From contig NC_010814.1 of NCBI RefSeq assembly GCF_000020385.1, forward strand, positions 1,920,001 to 1,952,000: a stretch of 32,000 nucleotides of DNA, in the 5' to 3' direction. This DNA is from Trichlorobacter lovleyi SZ (GTDB lineage Bacteria > Desulfobacterota > Desulfuromonadia > Geobacterales > Pseudopelobacteraceae). The notes beneath the pieces are model-generated. The model made no database searches. It worked only from the letters and a program-made list of their open reading frames with translations, and had not been told where the DNA came from. Positions 17,547 to 25,746 of the stretch are shown here, one piece after another; positions within the stretch are counted from its first letter, which is position 1, and each line of letters opens with the position of its first letter. The translations under genes were made by a program, and so were the position numbers.

Positions 17547-19106
17547 ATGAGCATGGCTATCAAAAAAGAGCTGCTTGATGAGCTGCGCCAGAGGCGGATC
17601 GAGGCGCTGGCCGGTGGTGGCGCGGTAAAGATGGAAAAACGCCACAGCGAGGGGCGTCTGGGGGCCCGCGAGCGGGTAGAGTTGCTGTTTGACCGTGAAT
17701 CATTCAGTGAGTATGGCATGCATGTCAACCACGCCTGCCACATGCCGGACTTTGCCGACAAATATATGCCGGGTGACGGGGTCGTAACCGGTACCGGCAA
17801 TGTGGATGGCCGTCCGGTGGCGATCTACAGTCAGGATTTTACCGTGGGTGGCGGTGCCTTGGGGCAGATGCATGCCAAGAAGATCAAGGATATCATGACC
17901 CTTGCCTGTGAAACCGGCATCCCGGTGGTGGCGATCAATGATTCAGGCGGCGCCCGGATTCAGGAGGCGATCCACAGCCTGTCCGGCTATGGCCAGGTCT
18001 TTTACCAGAATGTGGCAGCCTCCGGCGTGGTGCCGCAGATCGCTATTATTGCCGGTCCCTGCGCCGGTGGCGCTGCCTACAGTCCGGCCCTGATGGATTT
18101 TCTGATCCAGACCCGTACCCATTCCAGCATGTTTATCTGCGGACCGGAGGTGATCAAGGCGGCCACCGGCCAGATCGCGCCGATTGAGCAGTATGGCTCG
18201 GCTGAGGCCCATGCCTCAGTCAGCGGCAATATCCACTTCATTGCCGAAGATGATCGCCATGCCATCCAGATCGCCCAGCAGTTGATCAGTTTCCTGCCGC
18301 TGAATAACCTGCAGGACCCGCCCCATGTGATTCCCACCGAGGTGGTACTCGAACGTGACGACCTGATGAATGAGCTGCTGCCGGACGACCCGAAGTCCGG
18401 GTTCGATGTCTACGGGGTGATTGATCGTTTAATGGACCCGGGCCAGTGGCTGGAAGTGCAGCGTGAGTTTGCCCGCAACATAGTAATCGGTTTTGGACGG
18501 ATCAATGGCATGGTGGTGGGGGTTGTGGCCAACCAGCCTGCTTACAAGGCCGGCTGTCTGGACATTGACAGCTCAGACAAGGCAGCCCGCTTTATCCGCT
18601 TCTGCAATGCCTTCAACGTGCCGCTGGTTAACCTGGTGGATGTACCCGGTTTCATGCCGGGGCTGGCCCAGGAACGGGGAGGGATCATCCGCCACGGCGC
18701 CAAGATGCTGTTTGCCTATGCTGCCGCCACAGTGCCCAAGATCACCGTGATCATGCGCAAGGCCTATGGCGGCGCCTATCTGGCCATGTGTTCCAAGGAC
18801 ATGGGGGCTGACTTCATCTTTGCCTGGCCCTGTGCCGAGATAGCGGTGATGGGGGCTGAAAGTGCGGCACGGATCATCTACAAAAAAGAGATCGAAGCTG
18901 CGCCGGATCGAAGCAAGAAAGCGGCTGAGCTGATCCGTTTCTATCGTGAGCACTTTGCCACACCGTATCAGGCCGCCTCCCGCGATATGGTGACCGACGT
19001 GATTGAACCATCTGAAACACGGGCACGGGTTGCCCAGGCCTTGCGGATATCGTTGACTAAGCGGGTCACGCGGCCGGCCAAGAAGCACGGTCTGATACCG
19101 CTGTAG
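17547..19106 (+). CDS. mmdA: Carboxyltransferase (alpha) subunit of a Na+-translocating biotin-dependent acyl-CoA decarboxylase (methylmalonyl-CoA decarboxylase-like; PccB family)
   Basis: 519-aa ORF with two crotonase-like carboxyltransferase halves. Motifs include INDSGGARIQEAIHSLSGYG, GPCAGGAAYSPAL and VPLVNLVDVPGFMPG. The start may be the second ATG at 17553, which sits at better spacing from AAGGAG. Assignment as a decarboxylase rather than a carboxylase rests on the linked OadB/OadG-type genes. Confidence 0.8.
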   Translation: MSMAIKKELLDELRQRRIEALAGGGAVKMEKRHSEGRLGARERVELLFDRESFSEYGMHVNHACHMPDFADKYMPGDGVVTGTGNVDGRPVAIYSQDFTVGGGALGQMHAKKIKDIMTLACETGIPVVAINDSGGARIQEAIHSLSGYGQVFYQNVAASGVVPQIAIIAGPCAGGAAYSPALMDFLIQTRTHSSMFICGPEVIKAATGQIAPIEQYGSAEAHASVSGNIHFIAEDDRHAIQIAQQLISFLPLNNLQDPPHVIPTEVVLERDDLMNELLPDDPKSGFDVYGVIDRLMDPGQWLEVQREFARNIVIGFGRINGMVVGVVANQPAYKAGCLDIDSSDKAARFIRFCNAFNVPLVNLVDVPGFMPGLAQERGGIIRHGAKMLFAYAAATVPKITVIMRKAYGGAYLAMCSKDMGADFIFAWPCAEIAVMGAESAARIIYKKEIEAAPDRSKKAAELIRFYREHFATPYQAASRDMVTDVIEPSETRARVAQALRISLTKRVTRPAKKHGLIPL

Positions 19107-19159
19107 CAAGTCCTGAAGTCAGGATAGTCTCTCAATCAACGAACAGTCAGGATGGTATC

Positions 19160-19570
19160 ATGCCTATTCAAGATAATCTGCACGGAGCGTTGCTGATCAG
19201 TGTCATCGATTTTGTTTTGAGTTTTGTCATCATTGGCGGGATTGGCCTGATTCTGGCGATGTTTCCTTTGCTCAACAGATTCGGCAAGCAGAACGAAGAA
19301 AGACATCTGGGCAAACCCCTTGCCGTTGCTGACGGCTCAGGGTCTGCCGCTGCAGGCTTGCCGGCTGTGTCCCCGGCAACAGAAGCTGGAGCTGTACCGG
19401 GTATCCATCCCGGTCTGAATGACCAGCAGCTGGTGGTCCTGTTGAGTGCTGCAGCCAGTGAAATGCTGGGTGGCCCGGTCCGGGTGGAGAAGTTCAGGCC
19501 CCTGACGGCGAAAGACCTGAACTGGGCAGCACAAGGACGCAGTGTTCTGCAGTCTCATCGCTTGAAATAA
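19160..19570 (+). CDS. mmdD: Small membrane-anchor subunit of Na+-decarboxylase (OadG/MmdD-like)
   Basis: 136-aa ORF with a single N-terminal TM (LLISVIDFVLSFVIIGGIGLILAMF), an Ala/Pro-rich linker and a C-terminal LLSAAASEMLG-type segment. It sits between the carboxyltransferase and biotin-carrier genes, as in mmdADCB/oad operons. Confidence 0.6.
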   Translation: MPIQDNLHGALLISVIDFVLSFVIIGGIGLILAMFPLLNRFGKQNEERHLGKPLAVADGSGSAAAGLPAVSPATEAGAVPGIHPGLNDQQLVVLLSAAASEMLGGPVRVEKFRPLTAKDLNWAAQGRSVLQSHRLK

Positions 19571-19594
19571 GGCTTTGTGAAAGGAAGAGATACC

Positions 19595-19996
19595 ATGAAG
19601 AAATTGAGAATTACCCTGGAAGGCAAGGCTTACGAAGTAACGGTTGAACTGTTGGAAGATTCTGTGTCATCAGCGGTACAGCCCCTCCCTCAGCCCCCGG
19701 TGCAGGTGCCGCCACTTTCCGTCTCATTTCCTGCCGGAAAGCCCGGTTCCACAGCTCCGGTTGGTGAAGGCTGTGTCGCAGTGTGTTGTCCCATGGCCGG
19801 AAAGGTTTTCAAGTGTCTGGTGAAACCAGGTGATCAGGTTACCCACAATCAGGTGGTGATCGTGTTGGATGCCATGAAGATGGAGACCCCGGTTGTTGCC
19901 CCTGTGGCCGGTGTTGTACGAACCGTGCTCTTCAAAGAGGGCGACTCGGTGGACGAGGGTGATTGCCTGCTCCAGATCGAAGGACTAGCGCACTAG
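19595..19996 (+). CDS. mmdC: Biotin carboxyl carrier subunit
   Basis: The C-terminal biotinyl domain carries the attachment motif LDAMKMETPV, preceded by a Pro-rich linker (QPLPQPPVQVPP). I prefer the ATG at 19595 (MKKLRITLEGKAYEV), with the SD AAAGGAAGAG upstream, over the track's GTG at 19577. Confidence 0.85.
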   Translation: MKKLRITLEGKAYEVTVELLEDSVSSAVQPLPQPPVQVPPLSVSFPAGKPGSTAPVGEGCVAVCCPMAGKVFKCLVKPGDQVTHNQVVIVLDAMKMETPVVAPVAGVVRTVLFKEGDSVDEGDCLLQIEGLAH

Positions 19997-20008
19997 ACGG
20001 GGGCCTAT

Positions 20009-21139
20009 ATGTTTACGCAACTTATTGATTTGTTGAATTTGCTGAAAGATCAAACCGGCTTGGCGCAATTGACCTGGGGTAACCTGTTTATGATCGGTGT
20101 GGGGATCGTCATGATCTATCTGGCCCTGGTAAAAAAATATGAACCCTTTTTGCTGGTCGGGATCGGGTTTGCCTGTGTGGTCGCCAATGTGCCCGGTTCC
20201 GGCCTGACCCAGCCAGGGGGCCTGTTCCATTATGCCTACCAGGGGGTTGCCCTGCTGATCGTCCCTCCGTTGATCTTTCTGGGGGTCGGCGCCATGACCG
20301 ATTTTGGTCCCATGATCGCCAATCCATGGCTGGTTATTCTGGGAGCGGCTGCACATCTGGGGATTTTCGTAGCCCTGATCGGGGCAAAGCTGCTCGGTTT
20401 TTCACTGGCGGAAGCCGGAGCTATCGGTATTATCGGCGGTGCAGACGGTCCCATGGCGATCTTTGTCACCATGAAACTGGCACCCCATCTGCTGCCTCAG
20501 ATCTCGGTGGCGGCTTATTCCTATATGGCCCTGATGCCGTTGATTCAACCGCCGATCATGAAACTGCTTACCACGAAAAAAGAACGCCGGATTATCATGG
20601 CAAAGCCCCGCCAAGTCACCCGTCTGGAAAAAATTGCCTTTCCGATTATCATTGCCGTGATCGTCAATCTGTTTTTCCCGCCCATCGCACCGCTGATCAC
20701 CATGCTGATGCTGGGTAACCTGTTTCGGGAATGCCTGCTGGTGGATCGTCTGGCCAAGACCGCAGCCAATGAGATCATGAACATCATTACGATTGTGCTG
20801 ACCGTGGCAATCGGTTCAACCATGAATGCCGAGCAGTTTCTGACTTTCAAGACCCTTGAGATTGTTGCCTTGGGGTTGGTGGCGTTTATGTTTGGTACTG
20901 CCTCAGGTGTGGTGGCGGCCAAGATCATGAACGTCATCAGTGGTGGCAAGATCAACCCGCTGGTCGGGTCGGCCGGGATCGCCTCAGTGCCGATTGCTGC
21001 CCGGGTCTCCCACATGGTGGCCAACCGGGAAAACCCTCAGGTGTACCTGATCATGCATGCCATGGGACCGAACCTGGCCGGGGTGTTCGGTACTGCCATT
21101 TCAGGCGGAATCCTGCTGGCGCTGTTGGGGGTAAAATGA
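20009..21139 (+). CDS. mmdB: Na+-translocating decarboxylase beta subunit (OadB/MmdB/GcdB family)
   Basis: 376-aa polytopic ORF with family-typical segments IGIIGGADGPMAIF, MALMPLIQPPIMKLLTTKKER and GSAGIASVPIAARV. Confidence 0.9.
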   Translation: MFTQLIDLLNLLKDQTGLAQLTWGNLFMIGVGIVMIYLALVKKYEPFLLVGIGFACVVANVPGSGLTQPGGLFHYAYQGVALLIVPPLIFLGVGAMTDFGPMIANPWLVILGAAAHLGIFVALIGAKLLGFSLAEAGAIGIIGGADGPMAIFVTMKLAPHLLPQISVAAYSYMALMPLIQPPIMKLLTTKKERRIIMAKPRQVTRLEKIAFPIIIAVIVNLFFPPIAPLITMLMLGNLFRECLLVDRLAKTAANEIMNIITIVLTVAIGSTMNAEQFLTFKTLEIVALGLVAFMFGTASGVVAAKIMNVISGGKINPLVGSAGIASVPIAARVSHMVANRENPQVYLIMHAMGPNLAGVFGTAISGGILLALLGVK

Positions 21140-21148
21140 GGGTGATGA

Positions 21149-22285
21149 TCAGCGCGGGATCAGTTTGCTCAAGAGTAGTCCGAACAGGGCTGCCGACAGG
21201 CTGAGCATGGCTCCCATCTTGGCAGCACCCTGCACAACCGGCTCCGTAAATGCCTCGCCAGCCACAAATAACGCCACCGTAAAGCCGGTGCCGGCAATCA
21301 TACCGGCAACCACCAGATCACGTAATGTCATGCCGTGAGGCAGGCCAAAACCAAGCCTGGTAGCCAACCAGCCCAGACTGAAGATGCCCAGGGTCTTGCC
21401 TGCCAGCAGTGCGGCAAGAACCAGCCAGGTCACGGTGCCGACGCTGGAGAACTGGACACCGGCATTGGCCAGGCTGAACATGAACAGGCCAAAATCCACA
21501 AAGACTTTCCATTCATGTTCAAAACGGGAGAGGGTGGTGTGATCGCTCGGGTCTTCCTCGAACAGATGCTTGTGTTCATGTTTGGCATGGGGCAGAAACG
21601 GGATAATAAAGACCAGGGCCAGGGCCGGGTGCAAATGGGCATGGTGCAGACCGGTCCAGCTTAACGTTCCCCCCACGAGCAGATAAGGCCAGTAGCTGCG
21701 CAGTCGTGCGCGGCGCATCAGCCAGGCCAATAGCATTCCCAATGCGGTCAGACTGAACCAGGCCGGCTGTACGGGGAAGGCCGGGTTAGGGTAGAAGATG
21801 GCGATGATTCCCAGGCCGATGGCGTCGTCAGCCACCGCCAGCAGTAGCAGGTAGGAGACTGCCGGATGGTTGGCGCCGAACACCACACGGGCTGCCAGCC
21901 AGGCCAGGGCGATGTCGGTGGCGGTTGGGATGCCCCAGCCGTTGTGCAAGGCAGGGCCGCCGATCAGGCTGTTCAGAGTCAGGTAGACCACAATGGGGCC
22001 CAGAACTCCCCCCAGCGTGCCCAGCAATGGATTGACCGCCTTTTTGATCGGGTTCAGGTCACCGCCCGGCAGGCAGCTTTGGGTAATCTCCACCGCTGCA
22101 ATACCGAAGAACAGCACCATAAACAGTTCATTGGAGATGAAATGGAAGGACAGCCCACCAAAATGGGGGCCATTGATGAAGCCGGTATAACTTTGCGGCG
22201 CCAGATTGGCCCAGGCTATGGCTACAACCACCCCCGCCAGGAGTGGTACGGAAAATTCCCGCAGCATATTGATGTGATGGCGCAT
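21149..22285 (-). CDS. nhaA: Na+/H+ antiporter NhaA
   Basis: 378-aa ORF. GWGIPTATDIALAW aligns with E. coli GWAIPAATDIAFAL. LLLAVADDAIGLGIIAIFY aligns with the E. coli IIDDLG Asp pair. The SD AAGGAGA lies 9 nt upstream. Confidence 0.9.
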   Translation of the reverse strand: MRHHINMLREFSVPLLAGVVVAIAWANLAPQSYTGFINGPHFGGLSFHFISNELFMVLFFGIAAVEITQSCLPGGDLNPIKKAVNPLLGTLGGVLGPIVVYLTLNSLIGGPALHNGWGIPTATDIALAWLAARVVFGANHPAVSYLLLLAVADDAIGLGIIAIFYPNPAFPVQPAWFSLTALGMLLAWLMRRARLRSYWPYLLVGGTLSWTGLHHAHLHPALALVFIIPFLPHAKHEHKHLFEEDPSDHTTLSRFEHEWKVFVDFGLFMFSLANAGVQFSSVGTVTWLVLAALLAGKTLGIFSLGWLATRLGFGLPHGMTLRDLVVAGMIAGTGFTVALFVAGEAFTEPVVQGAAKMGAMLSLSAALFGLLLSKLIPR

Positions 22286-22344
22286 TTGTTACAGTCTCCT
22301 TGATGGGGGGTCGGAGCTTACCATACCACACATCGCAGGCTGGA

Positions 22345-22375
22345 TAAACAAAAGGGCGCTGTTGTCAGCGCCCTT
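22345..22375 (-). terminator. Rho-independent terminator after dctM
   Basis: The minus strand reads GGGCGCTG-ACAA-CAGCGCCC followed by TTTTGTTT. It begins about 25 nt after the dctM stop. Confidence 0.7.
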
Positions 22376-22398
22376 GCAGTTCAGGCAGGTTTTCCCTG

Positions 22399-23781
22399 TT
22401 ATAAATAGCCCATCAGTCTGGGTAGCCAGAGAGAGATCTCAGGCACATAGGTCACCAGCAGCATGAAACCCACCATGGCGATCAGCCAGGGCAGCACTGC
22501 CACGGTCAGCTCGGTGATCCCCATCTTGGTGATGCCGCTGGCTACATACAGGTTCAGACCGACCGGCGGGTGGCACATACCCACTTCCATGTTGACGGTG
22601 ATCAGGATACCGAAATGGATCGGGTCAATCCCCAGTTTCATGGCCACCGGGAACAGGATCGGCGCCAGGATCAGGATGATCGAGGACGGCTCCATCACGT
22701 TACCGGCCAGCAGCAGCAGTACGTTGGTCACGGCCAGGAAAGCGATGACGCCGAAGTTGTGGGCAATCATCCAGTCAGCCATGATCTGCGGGATCTGCTC
22801 CGAGGTCATCAGGTAGGAGAACAGCACCGCGTTGGTGATGATGTAGAGCAGCATGGCCGACATGTTGGCCGAATCAAGCAGCACCTTGGGAATTCCCTTG
22901 AAGGTCATATCCTTGTAGACAAACACCGCCACAAAGAAGGCATAGACCGCAGACATGGCAGCTGCCTCGGTGGGGGTAAACATACCGGAGTAGATACCGC
23001 CCAGCACGATTACAATCAGCAGCAGGCCCCAGATGCTCTCCTTAAAGGCCTTGAGCCGCTCCTTCATGGTTGCCTTGGGCATGCGGGGGTAGTTGAACTT
23101 GCGTGCCCGGTACCAGGCCACCGAGCCCAGCAGGGTGGCCAGCATCAGGCCGGGGATGATACCGGCCATGAACAGGGCGCCAACTGAGGAGTTGGTGGCC
23201 ACGGCATAGATCACCATTACAATGGAGGGGGGAATCAGGATTCCCAGCGAGCCGGAGGTGGAGATGACCCCGGCCCCGAAGTTCTTGGGGAATCCTGCCT
23301 TGACCATGGCCGGCAGCAGGATTGAGCCGATGGCCACCACGGTTGCCGGACTGGAACCGGACACTGCGGCAAACAGGGCGCAAGCCATGACCCCGGCCAG
23401 ACCCAGACCGCCGTGCCAGTGCCCCACCATGGCAGTGGCAAAGTTGATCATCCGCTTGGCAACCCCGCCGTGGGTCAGGAAGTTACCGGCCAGGATAAAG
23501 AACGGAATCGCCATGATCTCGAATTTCTCAATGCCGGTAAACAGCTTCATGGCCACGGTCTCAACCGGTACCTGAGACATGAAAAACAGGAAGGTCAGCA
23601 CGGTCAGGCCCAGTGAGATGGAGATCGGCATGCCGGTCAGCATCAGGCCGATCAGCAGGGCAAAGACAATCCCGGCATTACCAAATGACGCAATGGCAAA
23701 CAATGACAGAATGATAGCGACAACCCAGATGGCTGCCTTTTTCGGTGTCATAAGCCCCTGTGTTGCTGTTGATGCGCTCAT
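22399..23781 (-). CDS. dctM: TRAP transporter large permease subunit
   Basis: 460-aa polytopic ORF of the DctM family. Its start overlaps the dctQ stop (ATGA, 4 nt). The SD GGAGGTG lies upstream. Confidence 0.9.
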   Translation of the reverse strand: MSASTATQGLMTPKKAAIWVVAIILSLFAIASFGNAGIVFALLIGLMLTGMPISISLGLTVLTFLFFMSQVPVETVAMKLFTGIEKFEIMAIPFFILAGNFLTHGGVAKRMINFATAMVGHWHGGLGLAGVMACALFAAVSGSSPATVVAIGSILLPAMVKAGFPKNFGAGVISTSGSLGILIPPSIVMVIYAVATNSSVGALFMAGIIPGLMLATLLGSVAWYRARKFNYPRMPKATMKERLKAFKESIWGLLLIVIVLGGIYSGMFTPTEAAAMSAVYAFFVAVFVYKDMTFKGIPKVLLDSANMSAMLLYIITNAVLFSYLMTSEQIPQIMADWMIAHNFGVIAFLAVTNVLLLLAGNVMEPSSIILILAPILFPVAMKLGIDPIHFGILITVNMEVGMCHPPVGLNLYVASGITKMGITELTVAVLPWLIAMVGFMLLVTYVPEISLWLPRLMGYL

Positions 23782-24452
23782 TTGACACCTCCGTTATCGG
23801 TCTGCTGGTCGAATTTATGTGCTTCATATTCCTCAAGTGCTTCGGTTGCATCCATGACCTCATCATCCAGGCCATCGACATGACTGTGGTCATGGTGCGG
23901 CAGCTCGCCGGTCCGGCCAAAGGTCCAGGCCACCTGCAGAAAGCGGAAGCACATCAGAAATGAACCCAGCGGAATTGCCAGGTAGACCGCCCAGGTGGGC
24001 CATTCAAGGTCCGGGGTGATCGGTCCTTCATACAGATCTTCCGGAATTAGTAGGCCAAACTTGTTGTAGACCGCATAATGCATGCCGTTTTCCCAGACAA
24101 AGCGGGCTCCCAGAGTACCGATGATGGCGGTGAACAGCACGCCGCTCAGCAGCCCCAGCAGCACCGAAGTCTTGCGCCATTTGGGGGGCAATTTGTTGAT
24201 CAGCACATCCACTCCGACATGGATGCCGGTGCGGACACCATAGGCGGCGCCGAACTTGGCCATCCAGACAAACATGTAGATGCAGAGTTCCTGAGCCCAG
24301 GCCATGTTAATGCCAAGCAACCAGTCCTGCAGGCCTGGGATCGGCAGGCCGGACAGGTAGCGGTGGACAACCGCCGCAAAAATGACCAGGGTTGCCGCGC
24401 CGATCAGGAAGGTGATGATTATCTCTTCCAGGCGGTCTAGGTATTTCATCAT
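23778..24452 (-). CDS. dctQ: TRAP transporter small permease subunit, with acidic/His-rich C-terminal tail
   Basis: 224-aa ORF with four hydrophobic helices and the position typical of DctQ. The tail reads ELPHHDHSHVDGLDDEVMDATEALEEYE. The SD AGGAGA lies 7 nt upstream. Confidence 0.85.
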   Translation of the reverse strand: MMKYLDRLEEIIITFLIGAATLVIFAAVVHRYLSGLPIPGLQDWLLGINMAWAQELCIYMFVWMAKFGAAYGVRTGIHVGVDVLINKLPPKWRKTSVLLGLLSGVLFTAIIGTLGARFVWENGMHYAVYNKFGLLIPEDLYEGPITPDLEWPTWAVYLAIPLGSFLMCFRFLQVAWTFGRTGELPHHDHSHVDGLDDEVMDATEALEEYEAHKFDQQTDNGGVK

Positions 24453-24474
24453 GTTGAAATCTCCTGAGAGGTCG

Positions 24475-24512
24475 TGAAAAAGCCGCTGCAGGTAGCTACA
24501 GCGGCTTTTGTT
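24475..24512 (-). terminator. Intra-operon hairpin (partial terminator/attenuator or mRNA stabiliser) between dctP and dctQ
   Basis: The minus strand reads AAAAGCCGCTG-(11 nt)-CAGCGGCTTTTT. It starts about 20 nt after the dctP stop and lies upstream of the dctQ SD. Confidence 0.55.
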
Positions 24513-24528
24513 CGATTACGGGGACTGC

Positions 24529-25524
24529 TTAGGGCTTATAGCCGGTTGCAGCGTAGACTTCCTTGACGATGTCAGCGCCGATCCGGCCCATGTTTTCCTT
24601 ATGGGTCTTATCCATGGCCTTTTTCCAGGCTGCACGCTCAGCAGGCGTCAGGGTGATGATCTGGGACTTGCCGGATTTCTTGACGCCTGCCATGGCCTCG
24701 TCATTGTCCTTTTTGGCAACGCTATTGGCAAAGACGGTAGCATCTTTCATCGAGCTTTCAAGGGCTGCACGGATATCGGCAGGCAGGCCCATCCAGAACT
24801 TTTTGTTGACCAGTACGGCATAGCCCAGGTAGCCATGGTTGGACATGGTGACGTACTTCTGTACTTCATGCATTTTCTGGGTGTAGAGGTTGGAAGGAGG
24901 GTTCTCGGTGCCGTCAACAACGCCGGTCTGCAGGGCCTGGTAGACCTCGGAGAAGGCCAGAACTTGCGGAATGGCGCCTACGGAACGCATCTGGGAGTCA
25001 AGCACTTTGGAGGACTGGATTCTCATTTTCAGCCCCCGCATGTCGGTCACGTTTTTGAGCGGCTTGTTGGCGGACATGACTTTGAAGCCGTTATCCCAGT
25101 AAGCCAGACCGATCAGACCCTTGGTCTCCAGCTTCTTGAGCAGTTTTGCGCCAACCGGCCCCTGGGTTACCTTATGTAGCTCGCTGTAGTCGTCAAAGAT
25201 AAACGGCAGGTCAAAGACCTCAAACTCTTTCAGGCCCAACGGAGCAAACTTGGCCAGGGAAGGGGCCAGCATCTGGACTGAACCCATCTGCAGTGCCTCC
25301 ATCTCTTCCTTGTCCTTGAAGAGCTGGCTGTTGGGGTAGACCTCAACCTTAACCCGCCCCTTGGTGCGCTCTTCAGCCAGTTTCTTAAAGTAGTTGGCGG
25401 CCTGACCCTTGGGGGTGTCATTGGCCACCACGTGGCTGAACTTGATGATGATCGGTGCTGCCTGTGCACTGAGCGGGAGTGCCAGAGCCAGGGTAACCAC
25501 TGCTGCCAGAATCTTCTTGAACAT
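24529..25524 (-). CDS. dctP: TRAP transporter C4-dicarboxylate-binding periplasmic protein
   Basis: 331-aa ORF with a signal peptide (MFKKILAAVVTLALALPLSAQA). The mature start IIIKFSHVVANDTPKGQAANYFKKLAEERTKGRVKVEVYPNSQLF...MLAPSLAKF closely resembles my recollection of Rhodobacter capsulatus DctP. The SD AAGGAGG is present. Confidence 0.9.
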   Translation of the reverse strand: MFKKILAAVVTLALALPLSAQAAPIIIKFSHVVANDTPKGQAANYFKKLAEERTKGRVKVEVYPNSQLFKDKEEMEALQMGSVQMLAPSLAKFAPLGLKEFEVFDLPFIFDDYSELHKVTQGPVGAKLLKKLETKGLIGLAYWDNGFKVMSANKPLKNVTDMRGLKMRIQSSKVLDSQMRSVGAIPQVLAFSEVYQALQTGVVDGTENPPSNLYTQKMHEVQKYVTMSNHGYLGYAVLVNKKFWMGLPADIRAALESSMKDATVFANSVAKKDNDEAMAGVKKSGKSQIITLTPAERAAWKKAMDKTHKENMGRIGADIVKEVYAATGYKP

Positions 25525-25602
25525 GCGTTGCCTCCTTGTTGTTGGTATGCATCAAGATTTTGTGGATTGAATGGAAGTATATCGCAGAATTGTGTTTTAG
25601 CT

Positions 25603-25618
25603 AGCAACGCCAATGCCA
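25603..25618 (-). promoter_or_regulatory. Sigma-54 (-24/-12) promoter of dctPQM
   Basis: The minus strand reads TGGCAT-TGGCG-TTGCT, against the consensus TGGCAC-N5-TTGCW, with exact GG-N10-GC spacing. It lies about 79 nt upstream of the dctP ATG. A sigma-54 enhancer-binding regulator is encoded immediately upstream. Confidence 0.75.
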
Positions 25619-25705
25619 AAAGATGACTGAATACGCTAAGGGCCTGTTTGGCTTGATTATTATGTTTACGTTGCAGCGGAATGAGGTTTTATTCATAGAA
25701 ATGAT

Positions 25706-25745
25706 TGGCGGATTTCCGCCATGTATATGTGGCGGTTTTTGGCCA
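25706..25745. promoter_or_regulatory. Two TGGC-N8-GCCA palindromic sites: candidate enhancer (UAS) for the sigma-54 activator
   Basis: On the plus strand, TGGCGGATTTCCGCCA (25706-25721) matches 7 of 8 positions per half-site. TGGCGGTTTTTGGCCA (25730-25745) keeps the outer TGGC/GCCA. The centres are 24 bp apart and lie about 90-125 bp upstream of the -24 element. The first site could instead act as a weak hairpin after the MFS gene stop at 25747. Confidence 0.4.
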
Positions 25746-25746
25746 T

